From Podospora anserina (taxonomy: Eukaryota): DNA of 64,000 nt. The notes under the pieces are model-generated. The model saw only the letters and a list, made by a program, of their open reading frames with translations, was not told the origin of the DNA and searched no databases. Positions 26,127 through 36,915 of this stretch are shown here, in pieces. Each line of letters starts with the position of its first letter. Position 1 is the first letter of the stretch. A program made the position numbers and the translations under genes. The stretch covers positions 4,712,001 through 4,776,000 of the forward strand of contig CM030333.1 of NCBI GenBank assembly GCA_017654855.1, given 5' to 3'.

Positions 26127-26900
26127 TCGTCCAATGTGAGAAGCCCGAGGGAACAGTGGGAAATATCTCTCGCTGGGCAGTTCGAGGAAGCCCCCCTCCA
26201 GACAACCTATGAAAAGGCTAGAACGACCACAGTTTCCGAAACTCCCAAGTCTTCATCATCCCCTAGATGCTCTGGGCATCTCGACAGTTCTCAACCTCGC
26301 AGCAAATTCAGAGCCACCGAAGCTTTCTCAATTCCCAAAGGCGCTCAAATCTTTCGAACACTGTAGAACGACTTTTTCAGCTCCTAAAGGGGCAAATCAC
26401 TCAAGAGGTGACTGCAAGACTTCTTAGTTTTCGAAAACTAGCCAATATTGGAAGACTTTGACTTCTCACCCCCTCCTTTTTTCCCCGTCGTTACATTCTC
26501 TTTCTTTTTATGGGTTGTTTGATTGCTGAATAGAAGGTGACGGCGTTTTGGTGCTGCCGTTTGAACAGTTGCTGTTGATTTTTATTTGCTGCGATGTAGA
26601 CACTAGATAATCAATTGGAAACACAGCTACTATTTCGATACGACCTTGCTTTTATCACAATTCTGAATTCTGAAAGCCGATTCTCACATATATATACCCC
26701 TTGCAGCAAAACACAAACGCCATGGACCTTCTCCCTTTTTGACCCAAGTATGTCCCACCCATCATGACCCTATTAACCCCCCTACACAAAACCATATCCA
26801 GTACAAATATCCCAGACATATCCGTATCTCAACCCTATCCCTATCAAACGCCTGATAACCCCTTCAAAATGTCAAAAAACACTGCAGTCTGCAAAAAGAA

Positions 26901-29900
26901 TTACTCAAACCTCCCGCCCCCAAACATCCCTCCCAAAGCCTTCTTCCTCTCCCCCACCATGGCCCCCTTGAACTTCTTGTCCTCCCTCCTCTTCTCCTTC
27001 TCCGCCAGTGCCGACAACCTCTCGTTGCCTCTGGCGAGGTAACCAACACCCGACTTCTTGGAGGCAGTCTGCTTGATCTTGATACCGCCGTCTTCAGCCC
27101 TGACTTGCTGCAGGTTGGATGTGGTGACACCGGTAGAAGACATGCCCGCTGACGAGGCAGATAGAGTAGACGAATTGGTAGTGGCACGGCGGAGAAGGGG
27201 TGGGATCTTGAACGAGGACGACCGATCAGATGAACCAGCGAACGCGAGCCGGGTGGAGGAAGAGGTATTGGATGATGTGCGCTTGAGGGAGATGCGGTCC
27301 ACGATTTGAGGCTTGCTGTTCTCTTTGTTGGAGGAGGCCGATGAGGGATGGGGGCCTTCACCCTCCGAGTCAGAGTCGAGAATCGTGGCGGGGATGACGG
27401 AGGAAGATTTGTAGCCAGGCCCGTCCTCGAGAAGGTTGGAGAGAGACTCCCTAATCTCGCCGATGTTGGAGGGCTTCTTCTTGTTGGTGAGGCCTGGCTT
27501 TGTGCGTCTTGGGTTGGTAGATTGCTGCTGCTGCTGCTGCTCTTGGGGTTGACTGTCGGGGATGGTGACTGCTTCATTAGAGGAGTCGCCAGTTGCAGAG
27601 TTCTGAGAGTCAAGACCTGGAGCAGGAGGAGGAGGCGCCCAGATGAAGTCCATTTCGTCGTCTGAACCACGGTCCTCGATGGTTTTGAGGAAGGCTTGGT
27701 TACGTGGGTTCTCGGCGACCTTGCTGATACGTTCATCGGCAAAGAGTGCACGCTGCATCTTGGCGAATTGGCGGCGCTTCATACGACGGAGGGCCTCCCC
27801 GCCGTCATCTTCATCATCGAGCTCATCCCAGTTGCCAGCGCGCTTGCGGCGCAGGAGACCAGTAGTGATGTCGTGGAAAAGCTTATTGACTTGCTTCTCG
27901 TCCGCAGCACGTTCACGGTCACTGAATACAAGTTAGTACCAAATTGACCCAAAGCCATGAGAAGAAACATACGCATAGAAAGAAGCCAACTTGCGCTCAT
28001 CCTCCGCCTTGTCAGCCGTCTCATCATCAATCATCTCTTGCACAGACTTTGCGTCCTCGTCGTCAGTGTCTTCGCCATCCGCACCACCCAAACCAGCATA
28101 CTCATCCTCGGACTCCTCGGCTTGCTCCTCCACCATCTCACGGGCCTTGCTCTTCTTCTTGTCAAATGCTTCCTTCCTCTTGCGCTCCTTTTCTTTACGG
28201 GCAGCCTCCTTCATGGCAAAAAATGCATTGTTGGCAGAAGAAGCAGCGTCGGTCTCGATGTCGTCCTTCATAATCTCATCTTGATCCTCGTTTTCAGAAG
28301 CAGCAACTTCAGCTCTCCGGCGAAGCTTACCAGTGCGCCGTACCAAGGGAGAGTCGGCTTGACTGTTTTGGTTCGCGGGAAGGGTCTCCACCGTAGAGGC
28401 AGGCTCCTCAATAAAGCTCCGCTGAAGAGGAGTAAAATTCTTGAAGCCAGAGTCTTGAGTTGGTTCGATCAGCTCTGATACCTGGGTAGCTTCAAACGTC
28501 TCATCCCGCAAGAACGAGTCAAAGCCGTGGACCTGAGACTGCGAGAACTGGATTTGGATGCCCTGTGTCTCTGCGTCTTGCTCACCAGGGGCTGGCTGGC
28601 TGTTCAAGACGACACCGTCCGCTGGTTCCTGAACAGATTGTGAGAACTGCGAATCGGGGAAGGCGCCCATATCAAACGTAGGCCTGGGTTGGGAGGGAGA
28701 ATCAGGAGGAGCCGAGCCTATCTGACTGTCGTCCATGGTGCCCTGGAAGATCTGGGTCAAACCCAGACCGGCAGGGCCAGCAACGGGAAGACCAGGAATG
28801 AACGTCTTGGTGGCTGAGCGCAAAACTGAGGTCGGGACGCTGGGGGAGGTATGTTGGCGGACAGAGGGTGACTTGGCTAGAATCTTCTTAGGATTAGGCG
28901 TAGCCTTGACAACACCCTCATCGGCCTCGTCCTCGTCATCAGACAGAACAGCAGTCTGTTTCCACGCCCTGCGACGGGCCTGCTTGGAGCTGGCTGTAGG
29001 AAGACCATCCTCGTCATCTGAGTTGGGCGCGTCAACCTCCTCCGTCTCCTCATCGGTAGATTCCTCAGCAGCATCGTCGATTAAAACACCACCATCCTCC
29101 ATCTCCTCCTCCTCGTCCTCATTTTCCTCCTCACTACCAGAGAGCTCAATCTCCGCCTCCTCCTCACCCTCACCAATCCAGCTCTCTCCATCATAATCAC
29201 TGTCATCCCAATCAAGTGGATCCTCCCCATTCTCCAACCGCTTCTTTCTCCTCTCCTCCTTGGCATCCGCCCTTTCCTTGGCCATGATCTCCTCAGCCTC
29301 TCTCCTCGCCTTGGCGACAATGTCCTCAACTTCTTGCTCTTCCTTTTCTCTCTCCTCAGCAGTCATGACAACGATACCCTTGGCCCGGAGAGACTCAAGG
29401 TGCCTTTCCCGCTCAAGCTTGGCCTGCGCTTTGGCCCGCTGCATCAGAGTCATCTGCAGCTCGCCCACCGTCATGGCAGGTTTCTGATGCTGCTGAAACT
29501 TTTGCTTGGTTGGTACCGGTCCCGCCTTCTTGTCCGGGTCATCCAGTTGAGCCAGACGGCGGAGGTTGAGAAGAGCTTTGGGCTCCTTGTTTTGGTTGGG
29601 GTTGACGCGAGAGAGAATCTGATCAATCTTGGAGGGCATTTGGACTTGGAGGTCGTCGTCCTCATCGTCGAGAGAAGCAGTTACTGTGTTGGCTCGGACA
29701 GAGAACTGCGGAAACTTGACGCGGAGATTACGCTTTACGCGGGGCATCTGGTGCTGCTCTTTGGCCTTGTCTTCGGCCTCAAACTCGGCGGCAGTGACTT
29801 TGCCTTTGCCCTTGTCGAGTTTCTTGGGGGCAGCAGCTGCTGAGGCGGCCATCTCTCCGACCGTGGGGAGCTCAACGTCACTGTTGTCCTGGAGTATCGT

Positions 29901-30911
29901 CTGTGGTGCTGGAGTCGCCTTCTCCTTCTCGCCCTCGGGAGGTGAGCTAGGAGGTGTGTTGTCCTCCTTGCGTTCAGCATCACTCTGCTGAACTGAAGCT
30001 GGGGTACCCGCCCGGCTAGAGCTGACTGGCGCAGCCTTCTCCTTTGGTGGTTCTGTTGAAGCAGCAGCGCCGGCAGGCTTGAAGTTGAACCTCTCGAACA
30101 GGGTGGATTTGGTAATCCTCTTCTTAATCTTGGCCTCGTGCGCAAGTTGCAAGGCTCTGGTCATCCGCTGCGTTTCTCTGTTCATCTCCTCCAATGCCTT
30201 CTTGCTAGCCTTGCGAGCGGAGGGCCGTGATTTGGCACCCTCTTGTGTGAGCTTGTGGCCACCCTCGTCGTCCGTAAAGTCCTCGGGATCCTCATCATCC
30301 ATAATGGCATTCCTTTCGGCCTTCTTGCGAGCCTCCTCTGCTTCCCGAGCAAGTCTTTCCGCCCTCTTCTTGGCAACCAGTGCCTCGAATTTCGCATTCT
30401 TGGCCAGACGAGAGGGGCTAGGGAGGTCCTCATCATAACTGCCAGCTTCTCCAGAGGGTTTCGAAGGCGATACAAAAAGTTCTTGTGGCGCTGGACTATG
30501 GTTCTGTTCTGGTGACGGGGATCGTGGCGCTGTTGCTGTTGGCTCTTGTTCTGGTGTTGCGCTCCGTTGGCGACGTGCCTTCAACTTTCTAGGCCGCGGG
30601 GCGATGATCTCGTATTCATCTTCGTCGTCATCCTCGGCTTCTTTTGTCGCAGCAGTCTTCTTGGGTGAAGAGGGTTTTGGGCTGTCCTTCTCAGATTCTG
30701 AATCGGCTGTGGGTTCTGTGTTTCCGCCCAGCATTCTCGCGGCCAGTTTGCCCCTTGGTCGTAAAATTTCCGCGTCGTCTTCTCCTTCACTGGTACTGCT
30801 GTCGCCTCCATAGTTGAGGAATCTGTTATGGGTGCGAATACGCGTGGTGGTAGGGCTGGCGAGGGGTGTCGCGCTGCCACTTCGCCTTGAGAGGGCGGGA
30901 GAGGAAGACAT
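26901..30911 (-). CDS. MRC1: Mrc1/claspin replication checkpoint mediator, 2 exons
   Basis: Acidic, low-complexity protein with SQ/TQ clusters, GLGLTQIFQGTM, and the MRC1 domain EQAEESEDEYAGLGG...DEKQVNKLFHDITTGLLRRKR. Intron 27972-27922. Confidence 0.88.
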
Positions 30912-31111
30912 GGCGAAGTATATTGCCAAATAAAGGACGAATTCGGCCTAAGAATTATAAGTGAAATGCTGAACTCCAAAGCATAACCCGATAACTGCTC
31001 GACAAGAAGTTCAAAATGGGTCAATGGGTGGAGAGGTGGTGTGGTGTTGTCGAGGAAGAGCACAGGGTATGGCGGCATAATACCTACCTATGTTTAAGTG
31101 CCCCACCACGG

Positions 31112-31146
31112 CGCGTCGCGATTGCTGGGAAGCGCGTCAGAACGCG
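31112..31146. promoter_or_regulatory. Cluster of MCB-like (ACGCG) elements upstream of MRC1
   Basis: CGCGT at 31112 and 31133 and ACGCG at 31142, ~200 bp upstream of the MRC1 ATG. MRC1 orthologues are MBF targets in yeasts. Confidence 0.55.
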
Positions 31147-31545
31147 ACCACTGTGAGCTGCAAACGGGAGTTCCGTTTCCACTTTTTGATGTGTGGCACC
31201 AGCCACCACCACCCCCATCAGGGGCTTAAAACCCACGTTAATTTTTCTAGAATTTTATAATTTAACTCTTTTTCCACTAGAAAAGGTATCCAAATATAGC
31301 TTTTTACTTTTGATTCAACTGTAAAACTCCTTTCTTTATAGTTATTATAGCTAAAGCTTAGTACCTGTTATTATTTTTATACGTACTTTTTTAAACCATA
31401 TTTTTATAATTGCTGTAATACTTTCTAAATTTATTTATATTATTTAAAAATATTTAACTTATTAATCAATAAATTAGGCTTTTAAACGAAATATAAAATT
31501 TATTTTATAAATTTTTATTAAATATATATTTTTATAATAATTAGA

Positions 31546-31983
31546 TGTCACAACCCTAGGGTATGGACGAGAGTAACGATTGGTTGTGGAACCACGGGAG
31601 CAGGGGCCAATCGGGAAAACATCTAGGAGAGCCAATTACAGGGAGGGACAGTAATTAGTACGATTAGAGCACTAATCTAACTGAGTAGGCTAAGCCGGTG
31701 TAATTAGTGTAATTAGGACACTGATTAGGCTAAGCGTAAGTAATTAGTATACTCGGGACACTAATCAAAGGAATTACGGCTAGGAAAAGAAGTCTATATA
31801 TACGGAGGAACTAGCTAGTATAGATAAACAGTTCCGCAGTATACAATTTACAGTTATATTTACGGTATCTTATATTTATATCGAGACATTTTATTATGCA
31901 CTATTTAGCTGCACTGAACTAATTATTAGAAATTACCTTTAACCAGTATCCCTTTTAAAGGTTTTGTATAGAGGTTCGTTATA
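31546..31983 (+). mobile_element. LTR family 1 (crapaud-like gypsy), copy A, 438 bp
   Basis: TGTCAC...GGTTCGTTATA. Shares the 3' half starting GTCTATATATACGGAGGAAC with the other copies; 5' half is unique; no matching TSD. Confidence 0.85.
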
Positions 31984-32253
31984 AAAAGGGTAATACCGAA
32001 AGTAAACTTTAAGTTAGATTAAGAATCTTCCTAGCTTTTCTTTTATACCTTTATAGCGATTAGGTACCTCGAGTTTAGTACGCTTTTTTTCCCTACGTAA
32101 GGTACTAATTTCTTAGTAAAGTATAGTGTTTTCTTACGTAAGAGTTTCGTAGGAAAAACGTGACTTATCTTTAAGCTTTTAAATATAAGCGAGAAGCTAG
32201 TCGATAGTAAATTAAGTAGATATCTTTACTTAAGTATTAACGTTTCCGGCTAT
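31984..32253 (-). pseudogene. RIP-inactivated gypsy gag N-terminus
   Basis: Frameshift-free reading whose stops are RIP-type TAA/TAG. De-RIPed it reads ..KLEVPDRYEGTKEKLGGFLIQLKVYFRYYP. Lies directly downstream of LTR B on the minus strand. Confidence 0.75.
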
Positions 32254-32393
32254 AGTATTAATTTAATACCTTTAACTTATTTATAATAGAGTTAAAGTAA
32301 GTATATAACGTGTAACGAACCCCTATATAGAACCTCTAAAAGGGATACTAATTAAAGGTAACTTTTAATAATTAATTTAGTGCGGCTAAATAG

Positions 32394-33178
32394 TAAAATA
32401 GTAAGAAAACATATAAATTAACCACAACACCACAAATATACTCTCAACAGGTCCCTAAATAGACACGCCTGCATAACAGTGACTCGCTCGCAGGCCGCAC
32501 TTCACTCAGGACAGATAAAAGACACTATAGGCTCGCAGGCCACATAATAAGCACCGGGTTGGCTTGATTAGAGGGCCAGGATTGCCTGCACGCGTGCAGA
32601 GCACAAAATATAAAGAAATAAAAGTCGATGTCTTGTCTAAAATAGAATGTCCGAAGCAGACCGCTTATATATATAACCCCTGAACCCCTGAGTCCTCTGA
32701 GAGCCCCGCTTCCTTACTCATACTCTTAGGCCTGTGGCCGCATGTCACAGTTAAGCCAAACAGGCAGGACGGACCGTGTGCGGGGCACAAGACGCACAGC
32801 CAATCGCTAACAGGACCAATCAGGATAAGGATACGCGATTATAGACAGCAGACTGGGAAGACACAGTGATCGCGGCAACACAACCAATAGGGAGCCACGG
32901 AGGATCATAGCGATCATTGTGATCATTGGGAACGAGCGGAATGATCACTATGATCAGGGCTTGGCACGAGGTCTATATATACGGAGGAACTGGCTGGTGT
33001 AGATAGACAGTTCCGCAGTATGCAATTCACAGCTTGTATTCACGGTATCTTGTGTTTACATTGAGACATCTTGTTGTGCGCTGTTTAGCCGCACCGAACC
33101 AATTGTCAGAAGTAGCCTTCAACCAGTATCCCTTTCAGAGGTTCTGTACAGGGGTTCGTCACACCGCACCCCAAACCA
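32394..33178 (-). mobile_element. LTR family 2 solo LTR, copy 1 (359 bp net), interrupted by family-1 LTR C
   Basis: Reverse complement of 34192-34550. Termini TGGTTTGGGG...TTTA (RIPed CA). Flanked by ATAG/ATAG. Confidence 0.8.
32743..33163 (+). mobile_element. LTR family 1 solo LTR, copy C, 421 bp, little RIP, 5-bp TSD
   Basis: TGTCAC...GTTCGTCACA flanked by CCGCA (32738-32742) and CCGCA (33164-33168). Confidence 0.92.
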
Positions 33179-33551
33179 ATAGCTGTCACGGACCTAATAT
33201 AAGTAGGGAGCGCGGGGCGCGACCGTCTAACCACTGGAACGGAAAAGTGGGGAAGTCGGATTATCACTAGTGCCAAGGGTAATAATCACGATTATCACTA
33301 GCCTTCGATAAACGACGAGTGATAATCGATATTATCACTGGTGATAATGGTGATAAACCGGTCTATATATACGGAGGAACTGGCTAGTGTAGATAGACAG
33401 TTCCGCAGTATGCAATTCAGTTTGTATTCACGGTATCTAGTGTTTACATTAAGACATCTTGTTGTGCACTGTTTAGCTACACCGAACCAATTGTCAGAAG
33501 TTACCTTTAACCAATATCCCTTTTAGAGGTTCTGTACAGGGGTTCGTCACA

Positions 33552-33830
33552 CTATTTAATACAATACGTTTAAAATTATATATTTTTTATATTTTACTTT
33601 TAAAACCCGTATTACCGGTAAGTAAGGCTAATACGTAAATAATAGCGGAGGACGAAGAAAAGGAGTACGATATAAAAGAAATATTAGATTTACAGTTTAA
33701 TAAAAGCTAATTAAAATATTTAATTAATTAATTAAGGTATCCGGTTATAAATAATTTATAGAAATTAAAAATATATTTTAATTATTTAAATAAATAAAAA
33801 GAATTTTATTAATAATATTTAAATTAATTA
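33552..33830 (+). pseudogene. RIP-inactivated integrase C-terminus and chromodomain
   Basis: De-RIPed reading FHISLLEP...EEEYDVEEILDSQ..QLKYLINWLGYP..NSWEP..EFHQQY in one frame. Confidence 0.8.
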
Positions 33831-34191
33831 AAGCTTAAATAAATAAAAATTAGTATTTAAGTTTACGGGTAATACTTATAAATCTAAATACCAAAGAACT
33901 TTAATAAAAATCGAATTTACATTTTCGATATAATAATCGATATACTACGTACTATATTATAAGGTTAGTAAATACGGAAGAATTTAGGCTTAACTAATAC
34001 CGTACGTTTTTACCGTAATAAAAAAAAATTAAAGATATACTATTAGTAAGAGAGTTAAAAAGAATTATACTTAAGCTATAGAGAAATATTTATAAACTTA
34101 AATATAAAAGAACTTTAACGGAAGTCGAACCTATACCTTTAACGTAATAGCCGACGTACTATATACTATATTATAAAGTTAAAAAGTATAA

Positions 34192-34550
34192 TAGTTTAAG
34201 GTGCGGCTACAAGCCTAAAAGTATAAGTAAAGAAGCGGGGCTCTTAAAAGACTTAGGGGTTTAAGAGTTATATATATAAGCGGTCTGCTTCGGACATTCT
34301 ATTTTAGACAAAACATCGACTTTTATTTCTTTATATTTTGTGCTCTACACGCGTGCAGGCAATCCTAGCCCTTTAATTAGGCTAACCCGGTACTTATTAT
34401 ATAGCCTGCGAGCCTATAATGTCTTTTATTTGTCCTGAGTAAAGTGCGGCCTGCGAGCGAGTCACTGTCACGCAAACGTATCTATTTAGGGACCTATTAA
34501 AAGTATATTTATAGTGTTGTGGTTAGTTTATATATTTTCTTATTATTTTA
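34192..34550 (+). mobile_element. LTR family 2 solo LTR, copy 2, 359 bp
   Basis: Colinear with copy 1, internal TATATATAAG box, flanked by ATAA (34188-34191) and ATAA (34551-34554). Confidence 0.8.
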
Positions 34551-34594
34551 ATAAAGAGATTTAAATATAAATAATACTATACGTTTTAATTATT

Positions 34595-35274
34595 TTAAAA
34601 AGTAAAAAGTATATTATTAATAATACTTTACGGAATTAAAAAGGAAAGACCGGCTATATTAAGGTTTAAAGGAAAGTTAAAAAGTTAGTTGAAGCCTAAA
34701 GAAGGATTTAGGGAGGAAAAGTCGGAAGGACCTAAAGGAATAAAATTAAAAGAAGAAGCGTCGTTAAACGATAGGATAATCGGCGCGGTTTACGTAACTT
34801 CCTTTTATTCGATACGTTCGGTAGCTTTTAACTTATCAAGAGAAAAGAGACCGCGAGCGACTATAACGGCTCCTTTATTTATAAGAAACTCGCGTTAACG
34901 ACGGACCTGCGATAAACGAATTAAAGTTTTAAAAGCTTTATATTAGTATTTAATTAAAAGAATTTCGGTATATTTCTCTTTCTTTTAAAAATAATATTAC
35001 TTTTATATAATCTTATTTATTAAAAAAAGATTAATAAAAAAAAAAAAGAGGTAACGGGAAACTTACGTAATAAAATAGGGACATTAGTACCGTTATATAA
35101 ATAATTATAACGTATATAAGCCCTATAACGCTTTACTTTATTTATTATACGGTAAAATAATTTTTATAAATTATATTACGAGTAAAGTATAACGAGGAAA
35201 CCGTTTTTAATAATATTTTAAATGAATTTAATATAGTATTATATAAATAATAATAAAAGTTTTATTATAAATAT
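34595..35274 (-). pseudogene. RIP-inactivated antisense gene in the retrotransposon 3' region: Zn(II)2Cys6-like cluster, coiled coil, acidic tail, one intron
   Basis: Six TAY codons (RIP products of TGY) at C-x2-C-x6-C-x8-C-x2-C-x6-C spacing (35184-35095). GTAAGT donor at 35066. Exon 2 reads RLSQVRR*REFLINKGAVIVARGLFSLDKLKATER with no frameshifts. Ends approximate. Confidence 0.7.
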
Positions 35275-36915
35275 AGTATTAAAATAATTTGTTAAAATAA
35301 GGTCGTTAAGAGCTCTGTACTATAGAGGTTTTAGGAAGGGGAAGTAATTACTTAAGGTCTTAGCGAGTTTCGGACTATACTGCTAAATATAACGATATGG
35401 TTATCGAAGGAAGAAAGTATAATAGGAATTTCCTATAAATATAGAGAAAAGTATATTAAAATATTATAGTTTTATATAAAGTATTGTAAATAATTAATTT
35501 ATTTAATTAATTTAACTTATTATTTTTCTTTTTAAAAAGAAAAAAGTAAGAAAATTATTACGATTAAAAAAAGGCTCTTTATAAATACCTAAATTTCTTT
35601 ATTATCCTTATTGTTCCCTATCGCTCGGTAACCCTAGTGGCTTAGATCTCTAGTTCGGTAAGGTTATAAAGTAATAAGCTTGCTAATAAGACGCTCGTAT
35701 TACTTATAAAGCTTTTCGTGGCTTAACCTCGTAGCCGATAAGATACTCGTATTGCTTATGAGGCTTCTTATACCACGGTCTTATTACTCGGAGGTCCGGT
35801 GAGGAATCCTAGGAGTTTAAAAGCGCTCGAGCCTCTATAAGCGAGCCGTTAAGAGCTTAAGGGCGAGCCGCTGTGGGCGAGCCGTTGGGAACGCGAGTGG
35901 GGGAGCTGTTGGGAGCAATATGGGCGCAGAATTCCATAAACAAGTGCTGTAAAATCCATGAATAAATGCTGCATTTTAACATATAGTATTAACTAGGCTA
36001 TTAAAAGATAAGAAGGAAGATTTATAAAGAAAAGAGGGGAAACGAAAAAAATATATATAATCGATAAAACTAAGCTAACGGGACGTTAACCTAAAGGAGG
36101 GGTATTATATTACGGACCTAATATAAGTAGGGAGCGCGGGGCGCAACTATTTAACTATTGGAACGGAAAAATAAAGAAGTCGGATTATTATTAATATTAA
36201 AAGTAATAATTAAAATTATTATTAGCCTTCGATAAACGATAAGTAATAATTAATATTATTATTAATAATAATAGTAATAAACCGGTCTATATATACGGAG
36301 GAATTAATTAATATAAATAAATAGTTCCGTAATATATAATTTATAATTATATTTACGGTATTTTATATTTATATTAAAATATTTTATTATATATTATTTA
36401 GCTATACTAAACTAATTATTAGAAGTTACCTTTAACCCGTATCCCTTTTAGAGGTTCTATATAGGGGTTCGTTACAATAGTGTATAATAAAATATTTTAA
36501 TATAAATATAAAATACCGTAAATATAAACTATAAATTATATATTGCGGAACTATTTATTTATATTAGTTAGTTCTTCTGTATATATAGACCGGTTTATTA
36601 CTATTATTACTAGTAATAATATCGATTATCACTTATAGTTTACCGAAAGCTAGTAATAATCGTGATTATTACCCTTAGCACTAGTAATAATCCGACTTCC
36701 CCACGTTTCCGTTCCAGTAGTTGGACGGTCGCGCCCCGCGCTCCCTACTTATGTCAGATCCGTGACACAGAAGCTGTATTTTAATATCTTTTTTACTATT
36801 ATAATTAATAGTAATTTAACGATATTAATCTATTATAGTTATATAAATACACAGATTTTTTATATTAATTAAAATTTAATAATTTTTAATAATCAAATAC
36901 TTTTCCGGAGCTAAT

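Larger units (their letters stand above)
33184..36476 (+). mobile_element. Internally deleted chromovirus (gypsy) element: LTR D (33184-33551), integrase tail and chromodomain relic, long 3' region, PPT, LTR E (36108-36476)
   Basis: D and E share the same 5' half. Flanks ATAGC/ATAGT form a RIP-compatible 5-bp TSD. PPT AAAGGAGGGG at 36093-36102. Confidence 0.85.
32311..36767 (-). mobile_element. LTR family 1, 5' LTR of the minus-strand element, split into B (32311-~32393) and F (~36477-36767) by later insertions
   Basis: B is the reverse complement of the LTR 3' end (TGTAACGAACCCC..). F is the reverse complement of the rest, ending CCGTGACA. The two parts join at ATAG(C/T). Confidence 0.8.

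Noticed and set aside
31240-31545. RIPed sequence left of LTR A (and 36768-36915) as part of a defined element
   Set aside because: No termini, TSD or protein motif could be recovered by eye; left unassigned.
33034-33526. Two near-identical small ORFs (YSRYLVFTLRHLVV...)
   Set aside because: They are translations of the conserved R-U5 half of LTRs C and D, not genes.
34689-34898. 69-aa plus-strand ORF in the RIP island
   Set aside because: Shadow of the antisense Zn-cluster gene relic on the minus strand.
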